Source: a bacterium (GTDB taxonomy: Bacteria; Patescibacteriota; Dojkabacteria; B142; OLB20). From it: 64,000 nucleotides of DNA. Location: positions 29,343 to 93,342 of the forward strand of contig JAJTYI010000009.1 in assembly GCA_021463645.1 (NCBI GenBank), written 5' to 3'. The notes under the pieces were generated by a model that was not told where the DNA came from, made no database searches, and saw only the letters and a program-made list of their open reading frames with translations. The position numbers and the translations under genes were made by a program. This document shows, in pieces, positions 43,058-54,138 of this stretch. The stretch's first letter is position 1. Every line of letters begins with the position of its first letter.

Positions 43058-43768
43058 ATGGCCAAGAATTCTGTAAAGGTTAAACAGAAAATCGCTCCTA
43101 CCCCAAAAAAAGACACGCCAAACCCAAAAGAGTTTGAGAAATCGGTTATTAAAGATATGGAAAATTCCAAATTAAGAATTAAGCCATGGGTACTCAAGTT
43201 ATTGGGAGGAGTTTTTATTCTGGCTGGTATTGGGTTCATTATTTACCCATTGATATCTGACCGAGTGAGTATCAATCTTCCTGATGTCTTTGATAGGAAC
43301 GAAGAGGTTGCAGAAGAAAATAACGATGGCGAAGAAGATGACGACAACAGCGAAAACGAAGATTCAGAAGATAGTGAAGATAGTGAAAATAGTGATGATG
43401 AAAGTGACGGTGACAAAGATAGTACTAATGAAAATTCAGATGAGGATGAAGATGGAAAAATTGCAGGTGGAAATTCTACAAGAAGAGATGACTCAACAAC
43501 TGAAACAGCACAAACAAAGTCCACTCAAATTCAAACAACTATTAACCAAACAGGTGTTTGGAGAGCTACTGATTATGTCAAAGGAGATATAAAAGCAGGT
43601 ACTTATCAGATTAAACTCGGAGATACACTTTGGGAAATATCAGAAGCTGTATATGGAGATGGTTCACAGTGGACAAAGATACTAGCGAATAACTCTGGTT
43701 CGATAGGATTTCTAGCGGATGGAAGTCAGGCATTGATAGTACCCGGCCAATTTTTAACAATAGAATAA
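43058..43768 (+). CDS. Membrane-anchored LysM-domain protein with an acidic low-complexity linker
   Basis: 236 aa. One TM (VLKLLGGVFILAGIGFIIYPL), a D/E/S/N-rich linker, and a C-terminal LysM ('YQIKLGDTLWEISEAVYGDGSQWTKILANN'). Confidence 0.75.
   Translation: MAKNSVKVKQKIAPTPKKDTPNPKEFEKSVIKDMENSKLRIKPWVLKLLGGVFILAGIGFIIYPLISDRVSINLPDVFDRNEEVAEENNDGEEDDDNSENEDSEDSEDSENSDDESDGDKDSTNENSDEDEDGKIAGGNSTRRDDSTTETAQTKSTQIQTTINQTGVWRATDYVKGDIKAGTYQIKLGDTLWEISEAVYGDGSQWTKILANNSGSIGFLADGSQALIVPGQFLTIE
43358..43393 (+). repeat. Imperfect 9-bp tandem repeat (4 units) encoding (E-D/N-S)n
   Basis: 'gaagattca gaagatagt gaagatagt gaaaatagt' inside the LysM protein linker. Confidence 0.8.
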
Positions 43769-43812
43769 AATTCTGTTAGAATAGATTTATAAATTAAAGT
43801 TTAAATACAGAA

Positions 43813-44265
43813 ATGCTTTATATTGCTGCCGACCACAGAGGTTTTGATGAAAAAGAAAAGTTAAAGCATTTCTTAGATTTGTCTAATATTGAGTTTGTAG
43901 ATATCGGAGCAAAAGAATATGACCCAGATGATGATTACCCAGATTACGCATTTATGCTCGGAGAGTTAGTTGTGAAAGAAAACGCAAAAGGCATTATTTT
44001 ATGTGGATCAGGAATCGGAGTGTGTGTAGCATGCAACAAAGTTAAGGGAGTACGTGCAGGATACGCAGAATCTATAGAACATGCAGTAAAAGCTAGAGAA
44101 GACGACGACACAAACATTTTAGTCCTCGATGATATGACATTCGAAGAAGACGAAGATTTCCCAATCATTACTGCTTGGTTAAATACAGATTTTTCAGGAG
44201 AAAAAAGACATATAAGAAGATTGAAAAAAATCTCAGATTACGAAGATAACTGGAAAAATTTATAA
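43813..44265 (+). CDS. rpiB: Ribose-5-phosphate isomerase B
   Basis: 150 aa. 'IAADHRGF' and '[21 protein letters not shown]'. Confidence 0.85.
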   Translation: MLYIAADHRGFDEKEKLKHFLDLSNIEFVDIGAKEYDPDDDYPDYAFMLGELVVKENAKGIILCGSGIGVCVACNKVKGVRAGYAESIEHAVKAREDDDTNILVLDDMTFEEDEDFPIITAWLNTDFSGEKRHIRRLKKISDYEDNWKNL

Positions 44266-45363
44266 TTTAATCTCAGCCTCAATAAATTCCTCTAAACCAC
44301 CATCTAAAACTGATTCAGGATGTTGGCTCTCAGTGTTTGTTCTTAAATCCTTTACTAGTTTATATGGATGTAACACATAATTTCTAATTTGATTTCCCCA
44401 ACCTGCAATTTTGTGTTCTCCTTTCAGACTACTTTTTTCCTTTGACTGCCTTTCCATTTCAATTTGGAAAAGTTTACCTCTCAACATGTTCATCGCAGAC
44501 GTTTTATTTCTCAGCTGACTTCTCTCTACAGAACATGCTACCACGATACCGGTTGGTATATGTGTTAACCTCACCGCAGTAGCCACTTTATTTACATTTT
44601 GACCTCCTGCTCCTGAGGAACGGACTGCCGTGAATTCAATGTCTTCAGGTTTTAGGTTTACCTCGAAGTCATCTTCGATTATTGGCATTACTTCTACTAA
44701 TGCAAAAGATGTTTGGCGCAAGCCTTGTGCATTAAATGGTGATACTCGCACTAATCTGTGTGTTCCGTGTTCGTGTTTCAAATATCCATACGCAAATCTA
44801 CCTTTGACTTCAATTGTTACAGTCCCTATACCAGCTTCATTACCTTTAATAATATTAGTGATTTCAGTTTCGAAACCTTGCTTCTGGAAATATTTTAGAT
44901 ACATACGCATAAGCATTTCTGACCAATCATTCGCTTCCGTTCCACCTTGCCCGGCATGAATTGATAAAATTGCATCATTTTCATCATACTTTCCATGTAG
45001 ATATGTTGTAATTTCAATCTTATCAAGCTTTTTATCAAGTGTATCGCACATATCGATAATTTCCTGCCAAACATCGGGATCTGGTTCTCCAGGAGTGTTG
45101 TCCTTATCTTCAACCATTTCTAACATCAACTTTATCTCTTCAAGCTCTTCATCATTTTTATTTAACATTTCAATATCACCTTCCAAAGTACTCAAGGTCT
45201 TCATAACCTTCTGTGCATTTTCCTGATTGTTCCATAAACCTTCTTCTGATGATTGTGCTTTAACTACTTCTAGTTTGGACTCCAATGCTTCTGGATTCTT
45301 CTTCTTTTTAATGTCACTGATTCTTTGTTCAAGAATTTTTATTTTTTCTTTAACTTCTTGCAT
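44260..45363 (-). CDS. prfB: Peptide chain release factor 2 (no programmed frameshift)
   Basis: 367 aa in one frame. 'SPF' tripeptide in '[10 protein letters not shown]' and GGQ in '[10 protein letters not shown]'. Confidence 0.9.
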   Translation of the reverse strand: MQEVKEKIKILEQRISDIKKKKNPEALESKLEVVKAQSSEEGLWNNQENAQKVMKTLSTLEGDIEMLNKNDEELEEIKLMLEMVEDKDNTPGEPDPDVWQEIIDMCDTLDKKLDKIEITTYLHGKYDENDAILSIHAGQGGTEANDWSEMLMRMYLKYFQKQGFETEITNIIKGNEAGIGTVTIEVKGRFAYGYLKHEHGTHRLVRVSPFNAQGLRQTSFALVEVMPIIEDDFEVNLKPEDIEFTAVRSSGAGGQNVNKVATAVRLTHIPTGIVVACSVERSQLRNKTSAMNMLRGKLFQIEMERQSKEKSSLKGEHKIAGWGNQIRNYVLHPYKLVKDLRTNTESQHPESVLDGGLEEFIEAEIKL

Positions 45364-45401
45364 AATATTTATAAATTTCAGGTTGATTATAACAAATGTA
45401 A

Positions 45402-46886
45402 CTAATACATCGCTTTCTCTAGAAGGAATTTTGTTAAATATTCGTCATTTGTAGAACTTTGATAATTTCTGTTAAATAATTCTGTTGCCAATTCAACACC
45501 AATGTAACGGATATGCCATGGTTCATAGGTGTAGCCAGTAAGATGTTGTTTGCCAGCAGGGTAGGAGATTACAAATCCATATTTATGTGCATGCTCCTGT
45601 AAAAATTGATAAACAGGGTTGCTAGCAACATCTTTGGAAAAAGCACTACAATCTTCACAACGAATATCAAGTGTAGTTCCAAGTTGATGTTCAGAGTGCC
45701 CTGGGAATGCCGAGTATACATTTGCTTTTGCTCTAGCAGTTTGCAGATCCAAACCCGTGGCTAATTCTCTATTCACCCAATAATTGAACGCTTCTTGTTG
45801 TTGCTGATAGGATCTAAATGCTGAAGTAACATAAACATTTACACCTTCTTTTTTCAATTCATCTGCAATTTGCTTTAAAGCCACTACTGTTTCGTTCGTC
45901 AAATATCCCCCACCAGGTAAATTAGTTGGAACCAAACCTGGTGAATAAGTACTTGGAAGGAAATATGTTTTATCTACAGGAGCGTATTTACAATCAACAC
46001 AAGTTAACATTTTGGTTTCTTTCGGTTGTGAGAATGATTGAACCACACTACAGTCTTTCAATTCGAGATTAGTCAAATCATAAATTGTATATTTATCAAT
46101 ATCAACTTGATAACCATACTTGAGGTTATAATTACTAGCGCATTTAGTATCTATTAAGCTAATTTCGCCTGAAATTACTTTTTCATCTTGAACGAAGTCA
46201 ATGTTGAGGTCTTGGAATTTTAACTTTTTTAGAGTATCTGAATCTCGAACTGTCTCATCAAAATAGTCAGTTAAAATTTCGGTATTATTTTGTATAGCCG
46301 AAAGTTCATTCGTTAAATCTACTCTAAATTGTTCTCTAGGTAGATTCCCGTAAAGAACTATTTTTGGTGATTTTACATCTTCAATATTATCTACAATAAT
46401 TAGAGTCCCATTTTCAAATAAAACATGTGTTTCATTTTGGAGATATTTTTCACCCACATCTGATATTATTCTTTCACCTTGCGGAATCCTATTACTACTA
46501 GCGTATTCAGTAGGCGGGTCAATCTCTCTTTCATATTTTTCAATGTTGATTATTTCTAATATTGGCAACTCTATAAATATTCTCTTATTATTTTCATCTA
46601 GTGACTGGTTGTAATTAATAAATGAATCAATTAATGCATTTTTATTCATTTCTTCACTAAGAGGTGGGCTATCAGTTGAAACTATTGCATAAGCCTTAAG
46701 CCATTTCTCTAAATTTTGATAAGTTAGTTCTCTATTTAATTCATTCACACTATTTTTTAATTGATAGATAGGATGAATATTGATATAAAAAAAACCAAAT
46801 AGTTGAAATATCAGAACTACAAGTAATAAAATCAATAAGTATTGATTTTTTAGGAAATTCTGTATTTTATACGAGAGCTTTTTCAA
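45402..46886 (-). CDS. VanY-type D-alanyl-D-alanine carboxypeptidase (peptidase M15B) with a large N-terminal domain
   Basis: 494 aa. N-terminal TM. C-terminal 'SAFRSYQQQ', '[13 protein letters not shown]', 'EPWHIRY'. Confidence 0.8.
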   Translation of the reverse strand: MKKLSYKIQNFLKNQYLLILLLVVLIFQLFGFFYINIHPIYQLKNSVNELNRELTYQNLEKWLKAYAIVSTDSPPLSEEMNKNALIDSFINYNQSLDENNKRIFIELPILEIINIEKYEREIDPPTEYASSNRIPQGERIISDVGEKYLQNETHVLFENGTLIIVDNIEDVKSPKIVLYGNLPREQFRVDLTNELSAIQNNTEILTDYFDETVRDSDTLKKLKFQDLNIDFVQDEKVISGEISLIDTKCASNYNLKYGYQVDIDKYTIYDLTNLELKDCSVVQSFSQPKETKMLTCVDCKYAPVDKTYFLPSTYSPGLVPTNLPGGGYLTNETVVALKQIADELKKEGVNVYVTSAFRSYQQQQEAFNYWVNRELATGLDLQTARAKANVYSAFPGHSEHQLGTTLDIRCEDCSAFSKDVASNPVYQFLQEHAHKYGFVISYPAGKQHLTGYTYEPWHIRYIGVELATELFNRNYQSSTNDEYLTKFLLEKAMY

Positions 46887-46973
46887 GATTTAAACGAATG
46901 TTCTTACTATTATATTTTGTTTTGTGACATAATAACATCTTTGTAGTTTATAATTGGATGATTAAGAAATAAT

Positions 46974-48092
46974 ATGAAACAATTAAAAATAAAACTGTAC
47001 GGTAGAATCCAAGGTGTAAATTTTCGCAGAAGACTCGCTAATTTAGCAAACGAGCTTAAATTAAAAGGTTCTGTCGAGAAATTTGGAGATGATGGTTTGG
47101 TAATTTATGTACAAGGAGAAGAACAGTGCCTGAACGAATTCCTCAATTGGTGCCAAAAGGGGTTTTTTCCTGCCAAAATCAAAGGTATGAGCTTCGAATG
47201 GCAAAATCCAAAAGAGAAGTTTGGAAAATTTAAAATTAAAAAAGAGAAATCATTTTTAGCTGATGAAGCTAATAGTATTTATAACCTTAGCAAGGAAATC
47301 CTCACTAATGAAATATTAAAACTTGATAAGGAAAATCAAATTCCCACCCATGTAGCAATTATTGCTGATGGAAACCGTAGATGGGCGAGAGAACAAGGTT
47401 GGCTACCATGGGTCGGTCACAGGAAAGCTGTAAAATTCGAGCGACTAAACGAGATTTTCGACGAGTGCAGAGAAATTGGGGTTGAGTATCTCAGCTTCTG
47501 GGCATTCTCGACAGAAAACTGGAGTCGAGATGAGAGAGAGATAAATGAAATCTTTAATCTGATTAGAAACTCATACTCAACATGGTTGGGGAAATTTATG
47601 GAGGAAGGAATCCGTTTCCGACATATTGGTAGAAAGGACCGATTACCCAAAGATATAATGAAAATATTAAATGACTTCACTGAAGAAACAAAAGCAAATG
47701 ATTTACTAAATTTTCAACTTTGTCTAGACTACAACGGAAGGGATGATATCGTCAGAGCGATTAATAAAATTATTGCTGAGAAAGTTAAAGTCATCGATGA
47801 AGACACATTCAAGAACTACTTGGACACGCATGATATCCCAGAACCCGACTTGATAATTAGAACATCTGGAGAAATAAGAACTAGCGGAATAATGGCATAC
47901 GAGTCAGCTTATGCTGAATTATACTTTACAAACGTTTATTTCCCAGATTTTGACGCAATGCATTTTAAACGGGCAATTCTGGATTATGCTGCAAGAAATA
48001 GAAACTTTGGAGGAACTAATAAAAAAATCCATAAACAAAATGAAGGGTTATTTGATCCAGATTTAATTGAAAACGCTAATTTATCTAGTTGA
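46974..48092 (+). CDS. uppS: Acylphosphatase-like domain fused to undecaprenyl-diphosphate synthase
   Basis: 372 aa. N-terminal 'LYGRIQGVNFRR' (acylphosphatase signature 1). C-terminal 'HVAIIADGNRRWA' and 'RTSGEIRTSG' (cis-prenyltransferase). Confidence 0.85.
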   Translation: MKQLKIKLYGRIQGVNFRRRLANLANELKLKGSVEKFGDDGLVIYVQGEEQCLNEFLNWCQKGFFPAKIKGMSFEWQNPKEKFGKFKIKKEKSFLADEANSIYNLSKEILTNEILKLDKENQIPTHVAIIADGNRRWAREQGWLPWVGHRKAVKFERLNEIFDECREIGVEYLSFWAFSTENWSRDEREINEIFNLIRNSYSTWLGKFMEEGIRFRHIGRKDRLPKDIMKILNDFTEETKANDLLNFQLCLDYNGRDDIVRAINKIIAEKVKVIDEDTFKNYLDTHDIPEPDLIIRTSGEIRTSGIMAYESAYAELYFTNVYFPDFDAMHFKRAILDYAARNRNFGGTNKKIHKQNEGLFDPDLIENANLSS

Positions 48093-48663
48093 TTGAAATT
48101 TCGTTGCAAAGGAAGTCATTAAAAACTAAGTCGAGTTGACCTAATTCTTCATCGTTAAATTTTTTCAAAACATAAGATAATCCTGGAATTGGAACACCTT
48201 TTCTATTCTCGACCCCAATTCTTAATCTGTAAAATTCTTTATCTGCAAGTATTCTCTCGACTGAGGATATTCCATTATGTAATTTAGGGGATTTTGAAAT
48301 TTGTAGTTTATATTTGCCTAAGGCAATATCGAGATCATCGTGAACAACCAAAATTTCTGAAAGTGAATAATCCTTGTATTTAATATATTCCATAAGAGCC
48401 TCGCCTGATCGGTTCATCATCAACGAGGGCTTTATACAAACAATATCCAAATTCTGAAAATTATAGCTTTTGTATGATTTATTCTCTTGAGTTTCAGAAT
48501 CAAATCCCTTGCTTTTTAGATAAAAGTGAACAAGGTAATCTATAAAAAGAAAACCTGCATTATGTCTAGTATGTGAATATTTTTCTCCAACATTACCTAG
48601 ACCAACAATAAGCTTAATAATATTTTTATCACGTTTTAATGAGAGTGAATTCACAATATGCAA
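48085..48663 (-). CDS. pth: Peptidyl-tRNA hydrolase
   Basis: 192 aa. 'LIVGLGNVGEKYSHTRHNAGF'. Confidence 0.85.
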   Translation of the reverse strand: MHIVNSLSLKRDKNIIKLIVGLGNVGEKYSHTRHNAGFLFIDYLVHFYLKSKGFDSETQENKSYKSYNFQNLDIVCIKPSLMMNRSGEALMEYIKYKDYSLSEILVVHDDLDIALGKYKLQISKSPKLHNGISSVERILADKEFYRLRIGVENRKGVPIPGLSYVLKKFNDEELGQLDLVFNDFLCNEISIN

Positions 48664-48712
48664 TGTTAATAAGGTTATTATCTAACAATAAGGGGAATAT
48701 GACAATTTAATG

Positions 48713-49030
48713 TCATTTTGTAGCCTTCTTTTTTGTAACTGGAGCTTTTTTGACGGGTTTTTTTACTTCTTCGATAACTACATCGATATATTTCTGAGCT
48801 CTATGAGCACCTGTCATATCTCTGAATCTAACGACTCCTTCTGTGGTTGCAAAAATAGTGAAATCTTTTCCCATCTTGGTATTTATTCCTGGGTGGAATT
48901 TCGTACCTCTCTGTCTCACAAGAATATTACCGGATCGTACAACTTGACCTGCATATTTTTTAATTCCAAGTCTTTTTCCAACAATATTTACTGTTCTATT
49001 TGCTGCTCCTTGTGCCTTTGTATGTGCCAT
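48713..49030 (-). CDS. rpmA: 50S ribosomal protein L27
   Basis: 105 aa. '[24 protein letters not shown]' and '[13 protein letters not shown]'. Confidence 0.95.
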   Translation of the reverse strand: MAHTKAQGAANRTVNIVGKRLGIKKYAGQVVRSGNILVRQRGTKFHPGINTKMGKDFTIFATTEGVVRFRDMTGAHRAQKYIDVVIEEVKKPVKKAPVTKKKATK

Positions 49031-49344
49031 TAGTTAATTTTAAGAATTTTAAGTTTAGTTAGTTCTTTTCTGCTACCAAATCTTCTTCTGGTTCTAGCTT
49101 TCGCTTTATAAGTCAAACTTTCTACTTTTTCTCCCTTAAATTGTTCGATAATTTCAACACTAACTTCAGAATCTTTGATTATAGGTGTTCCGACAACAAC
49201 ATTATCTTGTTCTGCCTTTAACAAGACTTCATTGAATTTTAATTTGTCTCCAGCTTTACCAGCAAGTTTGTCAACTTCAATCACATCACCTTCTGATACT
49301 TTGTATTGAGAATTATTTACCTTTATTACTGCGAATTTTTCCAT
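49030..49344 (-). CDS. rplU: 50S ribosomal protein L21
   Basis: 104 aa. '[24 protein letters not shown]'. Directly upstream of rpmA with a 1-nt overlap. Confidence 0.9.
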   Translation of the reverse strand: MEKFAVIKVNNSQYKVSEGDVIEVDKLAGKAGDKLKFNEVLLKAEQDNVVVGTPIIKDSEVSVEIIEQFKGEKVESLTYKAKARTRRRFGSRKELTKLKILKIN

Positions 49345-49414
49345 TTATATTCATTTAGGGAAATTAAGTAAAATCTAGTTCAAACCGATAAATTTTCCAA
49401 TGAAATATTAAAAT

Positions 49415-50845
49415 CTACTCGGATTTATTCCCTGCTAAGGATGTTAACATCAAACTGTCTGCCATGTCAACGGGACGACGTGACGCATGAACAGATTGTA
49501 TTAATCCTAAGACAATCAAAGTCATAAGAACTGAGCTACCCCCATAACTAACTAATGGGAGTGGAATACCTGTAACTGGTAATTTACCGAGATTCATACC
49601 AATATTAATAAAAATATGTATTAGTAATAATCCAACAACTCCAAAAGACATATTTCTTCCAAAATCACTTTTTGTTTCTTTTGCAATCTTTAATATCCTA
49701 AATAATAGTGTTAGATATGTTGATAATAACAATAACGCACCAACAAATCCGAATTGTTCACTCATCGAAGCAAAGGCAAAATCCGTATGTGCCTGAGTCA
49801 AAATATGTAGACTACTTTGTGTTCCTTGTAAAAAGCCTCTTCCAAATAATTGACCAGAGCCAATTGCAATCTTAGATTGAATTATCTGGTAACCGCTCCC
49901 TAGCGGATCTGCTTCAGGACCTTCGATAAAAGTAAGCACACGTTCTCTTTGGTAATTTCCTAATAGTTGATTCCAAGCAAAGATTGAACCAAACAAGAAA
50001 ATTGTCGTAGTCAAAACCACACCTATTACTACCCACCATTTGACTTTCATAAAATATGCCAAAAGTAAAAATATTAGAACAGTAATTATTAAAAAATATA
50101 GATTATTTATATTTGTTGAAAATGAAAACGACGCGGTTCCGGTATCAAAGCTTATAAAATTTCTAATAAATAGAAACGTTAATAGTCCTAAAATCAATAT
50201 TTTCAGAATTTGTGTTTGATATTTTGTTGAGAAAAATAATGTGAATAATGTTAAACCTATAATTATGATAGTGTTGCCGAGTGATGGTTGTATAAAGGTC
50301 AATATGACAATAGGAAAAACATATAATGCAACATAGAACAGTCCTCGAAACTCTCGATCATTAGCTATTTTTTTAAGAGTTTCTTTAAAATTATTTTTTA
50401 AACCATACTCTTTCTGAAATCTACTTTGTATTTCTTTTAAATTTTCTTTCAGAGGGAGATTTTCACTACTAAATATTAGTGAAATAAACATAATTATCAA
50501 TACTTTTGAATACTCTGATGGCTGAAATGCAAAAAATCCAAGATCAATCCACCGATTTGTACCAGCAATGGTGGATCCAAATAAAACCGCATACAGTAAT
50601 GTCGCAATAATTATTAGATATAGTATTAATTGGATACTGAAAACTTTAAACCAATCGATATCGATTAAAATAAGAGTGAAGTATATTATCAGACCTATAG
50701 TTATTAATATAATTTGTTTATTTAAGAGGTCTGCGCCCTCTGTATTATATGTTGTTGAAAAAATCACCAAGCTCCCAATACCTAGTAAAACTAATATTAC
50801 AAAAGTAATAATAAAATCCTGTTTTAGTAATTTTTTAAAATTCAT
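49415..50845 (-). CDS. SEDS-family protein (RodA/FtsW-like), second copy
   Basis: 476 aa. 'FQPSEYSKVLII' and 'IPLPLVSYGGSS'. Confidence 0.8.
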   Translation of the reverse strand: MNFKKLLKQDFIITFVILVLLGIGSLVIFSTTYNTEGADLLNKQIILITIGLIIYFTLILIDIDWFKVFSIQLILYLIIIATLLYAVLFGSTIAGTNRWIDLGFFAFQPSEYSKVLIIMFISLIFSSENLPLKENLKEIQSRFQKEYGLKNNFKETLKKIANDREFRGLFYVALYVFPIVILTFIQPSLGNTIIIIGLTLFTLFFSTKYQTQILKILILGLLTFLFIRNFISFDTGTASFSFSTNINNLYFLIITVLIFLLLAYFMKVKWWVVIGVVLTTTIFLFGSIFAWNQLLGNYQRERVLTFIEGPEADPLGSGYQIIQSKIAIGSGQLFGRGFLQGTQSSLHILTQAHTDFAFASMSEQFGFVGALLLLSTYLTLLFRILKIAKETKSDFGRNMSFGVVGLLLIHIFINIGMNLGKLPVTGIPLPLVSYGGSSVLMTLIVLGLIQSVHASRRPVDMADSLMLTSLAGNKSE

Positions 50846-50945
50846 ATAATCATATTATCAAACTATACAAAGATACCTCAATTTAGAACCCATAAAGAGC
50901 CTTTATCCGCCTAAAGTGTCCTAGTATTTTTTACTGATTTTCTCT

Positions 50946-50975
50946 TTGACAATTTTGAATTTTATGGCTTATCAT
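50946..50975 (+). promoter_or_regulatory. Possible sigma70-type promoter for the class A PBP gene
   Basis: TTGACA at 50946-50951, an 18-nt spacer, and TATCAT at 50970-50975. The match is by eye only. Confidence 0.3.
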
Positions 50976-51062
50976 ATAAGTAGATAACCCACAACTTTCA
51001 ACACTCCCCGAGGATTGGATGTTACTTTTACTTCATAAAGTTAACTGCTTCAAAATTAGTAT

Positions 51063-53234
51063 ATGACTCAAAAGAAATCAATCAAAATAAAGAATTTAAG
51101 CAAGAAAGAAAAGGTTAGATTAAAACGCACCCCAAAAAATTTTAAAAAAAATGGAACAATCACCAAGAGAGACACAATAAGCAGATTATTGGTACTTATT
51201 TTTGTCATTATTTCGTCAGTAACTATCTTTTCATTTATTGCATCACTGAAATATCTTCAAAATGTCTCTAAAGATCTTCCAAGCCCTGATAAACCATTTG
51301 GACGGAAGCAAACCGCCACCGAGATTTACGATAGAAATGGAGAACTACTTTATAGGGTTTTTGATAATGAAGATAGAGACCCAGTTGATCTGGAGACAAT
51401 TCCTCCACAAATAATATGGACTTATCTGGCAGCAGAAGATTTAAGATTTTTTGAACATCAAGGAGTTGATTTAGAAGCACTCGCTAGATGCAGTTTCCGA
51501 TATTTAGAAGAAAGAACTATCGTTTGTGGAGGTAGTACAATCACTCAACAACTAATCAGAAAAACTGCGCTCACGGACGAAGTTGCAATTGCAAGAAAAA
51601 TCAAAGAAATGTTACTCGCCTTGAAAATCGAACAAGTACGATCAAAAGAGGAGATATTAGAAATGTATCTTACGGTTGTACCGAGCGGAAGTAATATTTA
51701 TGGAGTAACTAGAGCATCTAAGTTCTATTTCGGAAAAGCACCTGAAGAACTTTCACTTGGAGAAATGGCTGTGCTTGCTTCAATTCCACAAAATCCTTCA
51801 ATACTTTCACCCACCAAGTCAACAAATCCAGAAATTTCGAAAGAGTTACTCGAATCACGCAAGAATTATGTTTTAAATCAGATAGAATCAAATCTCGATT
51901 TCATAAATAATAATTTGATAGAAATTTATGGACCAGATACAGAACTTTTTACCAAAGACATGATTGAAATTGCGCGAAAAGAAGAAATCGCATACCAAGA
52001 TCCCTCGTTTCGAATAAATGCTCCTCATTTTGTATTTTATGCATTAGAGCAACTACAGAAAAATGGTTACAACGATGGGAAACCCTTAACTCTTGAACAA
52101 ATCGAAACCGAAGGATTAAGAATTCACACAACATTAGACATGGATTATCAAAGAATAGCGGAATCACAAGTTAAAAAGGCAGTCTCCACATATGGAAAAC
52201 AGTTTGGTGCTGACAATGCTGCAATGGTTGTATTAAACCCTAAAAATGGTGATGTACTGGCTATGGTTGGTTCATACGACTACTTTGGCAAAGCTAGTCC
52301 AGAAGGATGTCAGATAGGGTTAAATTGTAGGTATGAACCCCAAGTAAATGTTCCTGATACCCTTCAGGCGTATGGTTCTACACTCAAACCTATGATTTAT
52401 TACAATGCATTTATGCGTGGGATAATGACACCAGAAACACTTGTATATGATGCTCCGATTACAATTGGCAAGTACACTCCGAAAAATTATGATGGACAAT
52501 TCTCTGGACTACATCCATATAGGTATATGCTTGTCCAATCGAGGAACATTCCTGCGATAATTCTTCTTGAGAAAATTGGCTATACAAGCTTGATAGAACA
52601 AATGAAAACCTGGGGTTACACCACAATGAACAATCCGAATGGTTATGGTTTATCGTTAGCAGTAGGAGGTGGAGAATTAAAATTAATTGAACATGCGCAG
52701 GGTTATGCAGTTTTCGCGAATAATGGAAAATTCACACAACATGAAGTAATTAGCAAAATAGTTGATAGGAATGGTGAAATTTTATACGAACATCAACCTA
52801 AAACAACACAAGTGGCTGATCCTAGAGGAGTTTATTTAGTTAACGACATATTAAATGGTAATAAAGGTGGTCCTGGATTTTCTTTCGATGGTCGTGATAT
52901 GGCTGGTAAAACAGGAACTTCTGAAGATCAAACAGAAACACTCTACATAGGTTATTCACCTGAAATAGTTGTTGCAGGAATGCTCATTAATAATGATAAT
53001 ACCCCGATGAGATACGGAGCGACAGGTCAAACTTCTGTCAGACCTTGGGTAGGGGAGTATCTCCAACTTGCTTCGTCTAAATATCCCCCAACGCCCTTCG
53101 AATATCCAAACGGTATTGAAATCAGAACCGACGGCAATCTATATATAACTGGAATAAGCCCCGAGACAACTAAGCCAGATTTTAATTATCAATACTATAC
53201 ACAAAAGAATTTACAACCATACCCATCATTTTGA
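51063..53234 (+). CDS. Class A penicillin-binding protein (glycosyltransferase plus transpeptidase)
   Basis: 723 aa. N-terminal TM. GT51 motifs 'EDLRFFEHQGVD' and 'GGSTITQQL'. TPase 'STLKP', 'SRN', 'KTGTS'. Confidence 0.9.
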   Translation: MTQKKSIKIKNLSKKEKVRLKRTPKNFKKNGTITKRDTISRLLVLIFVIISSVTIFSFIASLKYLQNVSKDLPSPDKPFGRKQTATEIYDRNGELLYRVFDNEDRDPVDLETIPPQIIWTYLAAEDLRFFEHQGVDLEALARCSFRYLEERTIVCGGSTITQQLIRKTALTDEVAIARKIKEMLLALKIEQVRSKEEILEMYLTVVPSGSNIYGVTRASKFYFGKAPEELSLGEMAVLASIPQNPSILSPTKSTNPEISKELLESRKNYVLNQIESNLDFINNNLIEIYGPDTELFTKDMIEIARKEEIAYQDPSFRINAPHFVFYALEQLQKNGYNDGKPLTLEQIETEGLRIHTTLDMDYQRIAESQVKKAVSTYGKQFGADNAAMVVLNPKNGDVLAMVGSYDYFGKASPEGCQIGLNCRYEPQVNVPDTLQAYGSTLKPMIYYNAFMRGIMTPETLVYDAPITIGKYTPKNYDGQFSGLHPYRYMLVQSRNIPAIILLEKIGYTSLIEQMKTWGYTTMNNPNGYGLSLAVGGGELKLIEHAQGYAVFANNGKFTQHEVISKIVDRNGEILYEHQPKTTQVADPRGVYLVNDILNGNKGGPGFSFDGRDMAGKTGTSEDQTETLYIGYSPEIVVAGMLINNDNTPMRYGATGQTSVRPWVGEYLQLASSKYPPTPFEYPNGIEIRTDGNLYITGISPETTKPDFNYQYYTQKNLQPYPSF

Positions 53235-53294
53235 TAAGTTACTCTGAATATGTTTGTCTGTTATAATGACTAGTTTAATTCGTTTACCAGCGTA

Positions 53295-54137
53295 ATGTCT
53301 AACGATTATAAAATTAACATAGTACATAGGGATGAATACGGCAGACCAAGTGGAATTGTTGCTTTGAATAAGCCCAAAGACATCACTTCCCACGACCTAG
53401 TGAATGCACTCCGAAAGAAATTGAACACAAAAAAGGTTGGACATGCAGGAGCCCTAGATGTTTTTGCTGATGGAGTTATGATTTATCTAATTGGAAAAGC
53501 AACAAAATTATCAGACAAGTTGATGCATTTGGATAAAGAGTATACAACTCAAGTAATATTTGGAATTGCAACCAACACACAGGATCCGGAAGGAGATATA
53601 ACAGAAGTAAAAACAGGTTACAATCTAGATGATATGGGTGATATTAATTCAATCTTGATGGATTTCAAAGGCGAATACGATCAATATGTATCACTTTATA
53701 GTTCAGTAAAAGTTGACGGAAAGAAACTCAGGGTGATTATGAGGGACAACAACTATGATAAACATATAGAAATCGATGATAACAATAGAAAGAGGATTGT
53801 ATTTACACCAAAATCTGAAACCTCACATTTGAAGTCATTCACTTTGCAATTACCTTCCAAGAAAGTGAAAATATTCGATATTGAACTTTTAGAGAAAGGT
53901 GAGATAGGAGTTGATGAAATGGGCGAATTCAAGAAAAAGCTTACAAGTTTCCCAAAGTCTCAAAAATTTCCATACATCAAAATACGTGTAAATAGTTCAA
54001 AAGGAACTTATATTAGACAACTTGCTGAAGATATTGGTGAAAAATTAAACATGCCCGCAATGTTGATTAACTTGACGAGAACTAGGGTAGGGAATACATC
54101 ATTAAATGACTGTATGAGTCTTGAGGAAGTTAATTAG
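53295..54137 (+). CDS. truB: tRNA pseudouridine(55) synthase
   Basis: 280 aa. 'GIVALNKPKDITSHD' and 'GHAGALDVFADGVM'. Confidence 0.85.
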   Translation: MSNDYKINIVHRDEYGRPSGIVALNKPKDITSHDLVNALRKKLNTKKVGHAGALDVFADGVMIYLIGKATKLSDKLMHLDKEYTTQVIFGIATNTQDPEGDITEVKTGYNLDDMGDINSILMDFKGEYDQYVSLYSSVKVDGKKLRVIMRDNNYDKHIEIDDNNRKRIVFTPKSETSHLKSFTLQLPSKKVKIFDIELLEKGEIGVDEMGEFKKKLTSFPKSQKFPYIKIRVNSSKGTYIRQLAEDIGEKLNMPAMLINLTRTRVGNTSLNDCMSLEEVN

Positions 54138-54138
54138 T

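Noticed and set aside
43243-43592. 93-aa minus-strand and 102-aa plus-strand ORFs
   Set aside because: Both are alternative-frame readings of the low-complexity acidic repeat in the LysM protein gene.
44260-45363. Programmed +1 frameshift in prfB, or an alternative genetic code
   Set aside because: RF2 is encoded in a single 367-aa frame from its ATG. TGA clearly terminates umuD, umuC and rsmA, so the standard code 11 applies.
48710-49033. 107-aa + strand Cys/Phe-rich ORF
   Set aside because: It is exactly antisense to the unmistakable L27 gene (rpmA), so it is a shadow ORF.
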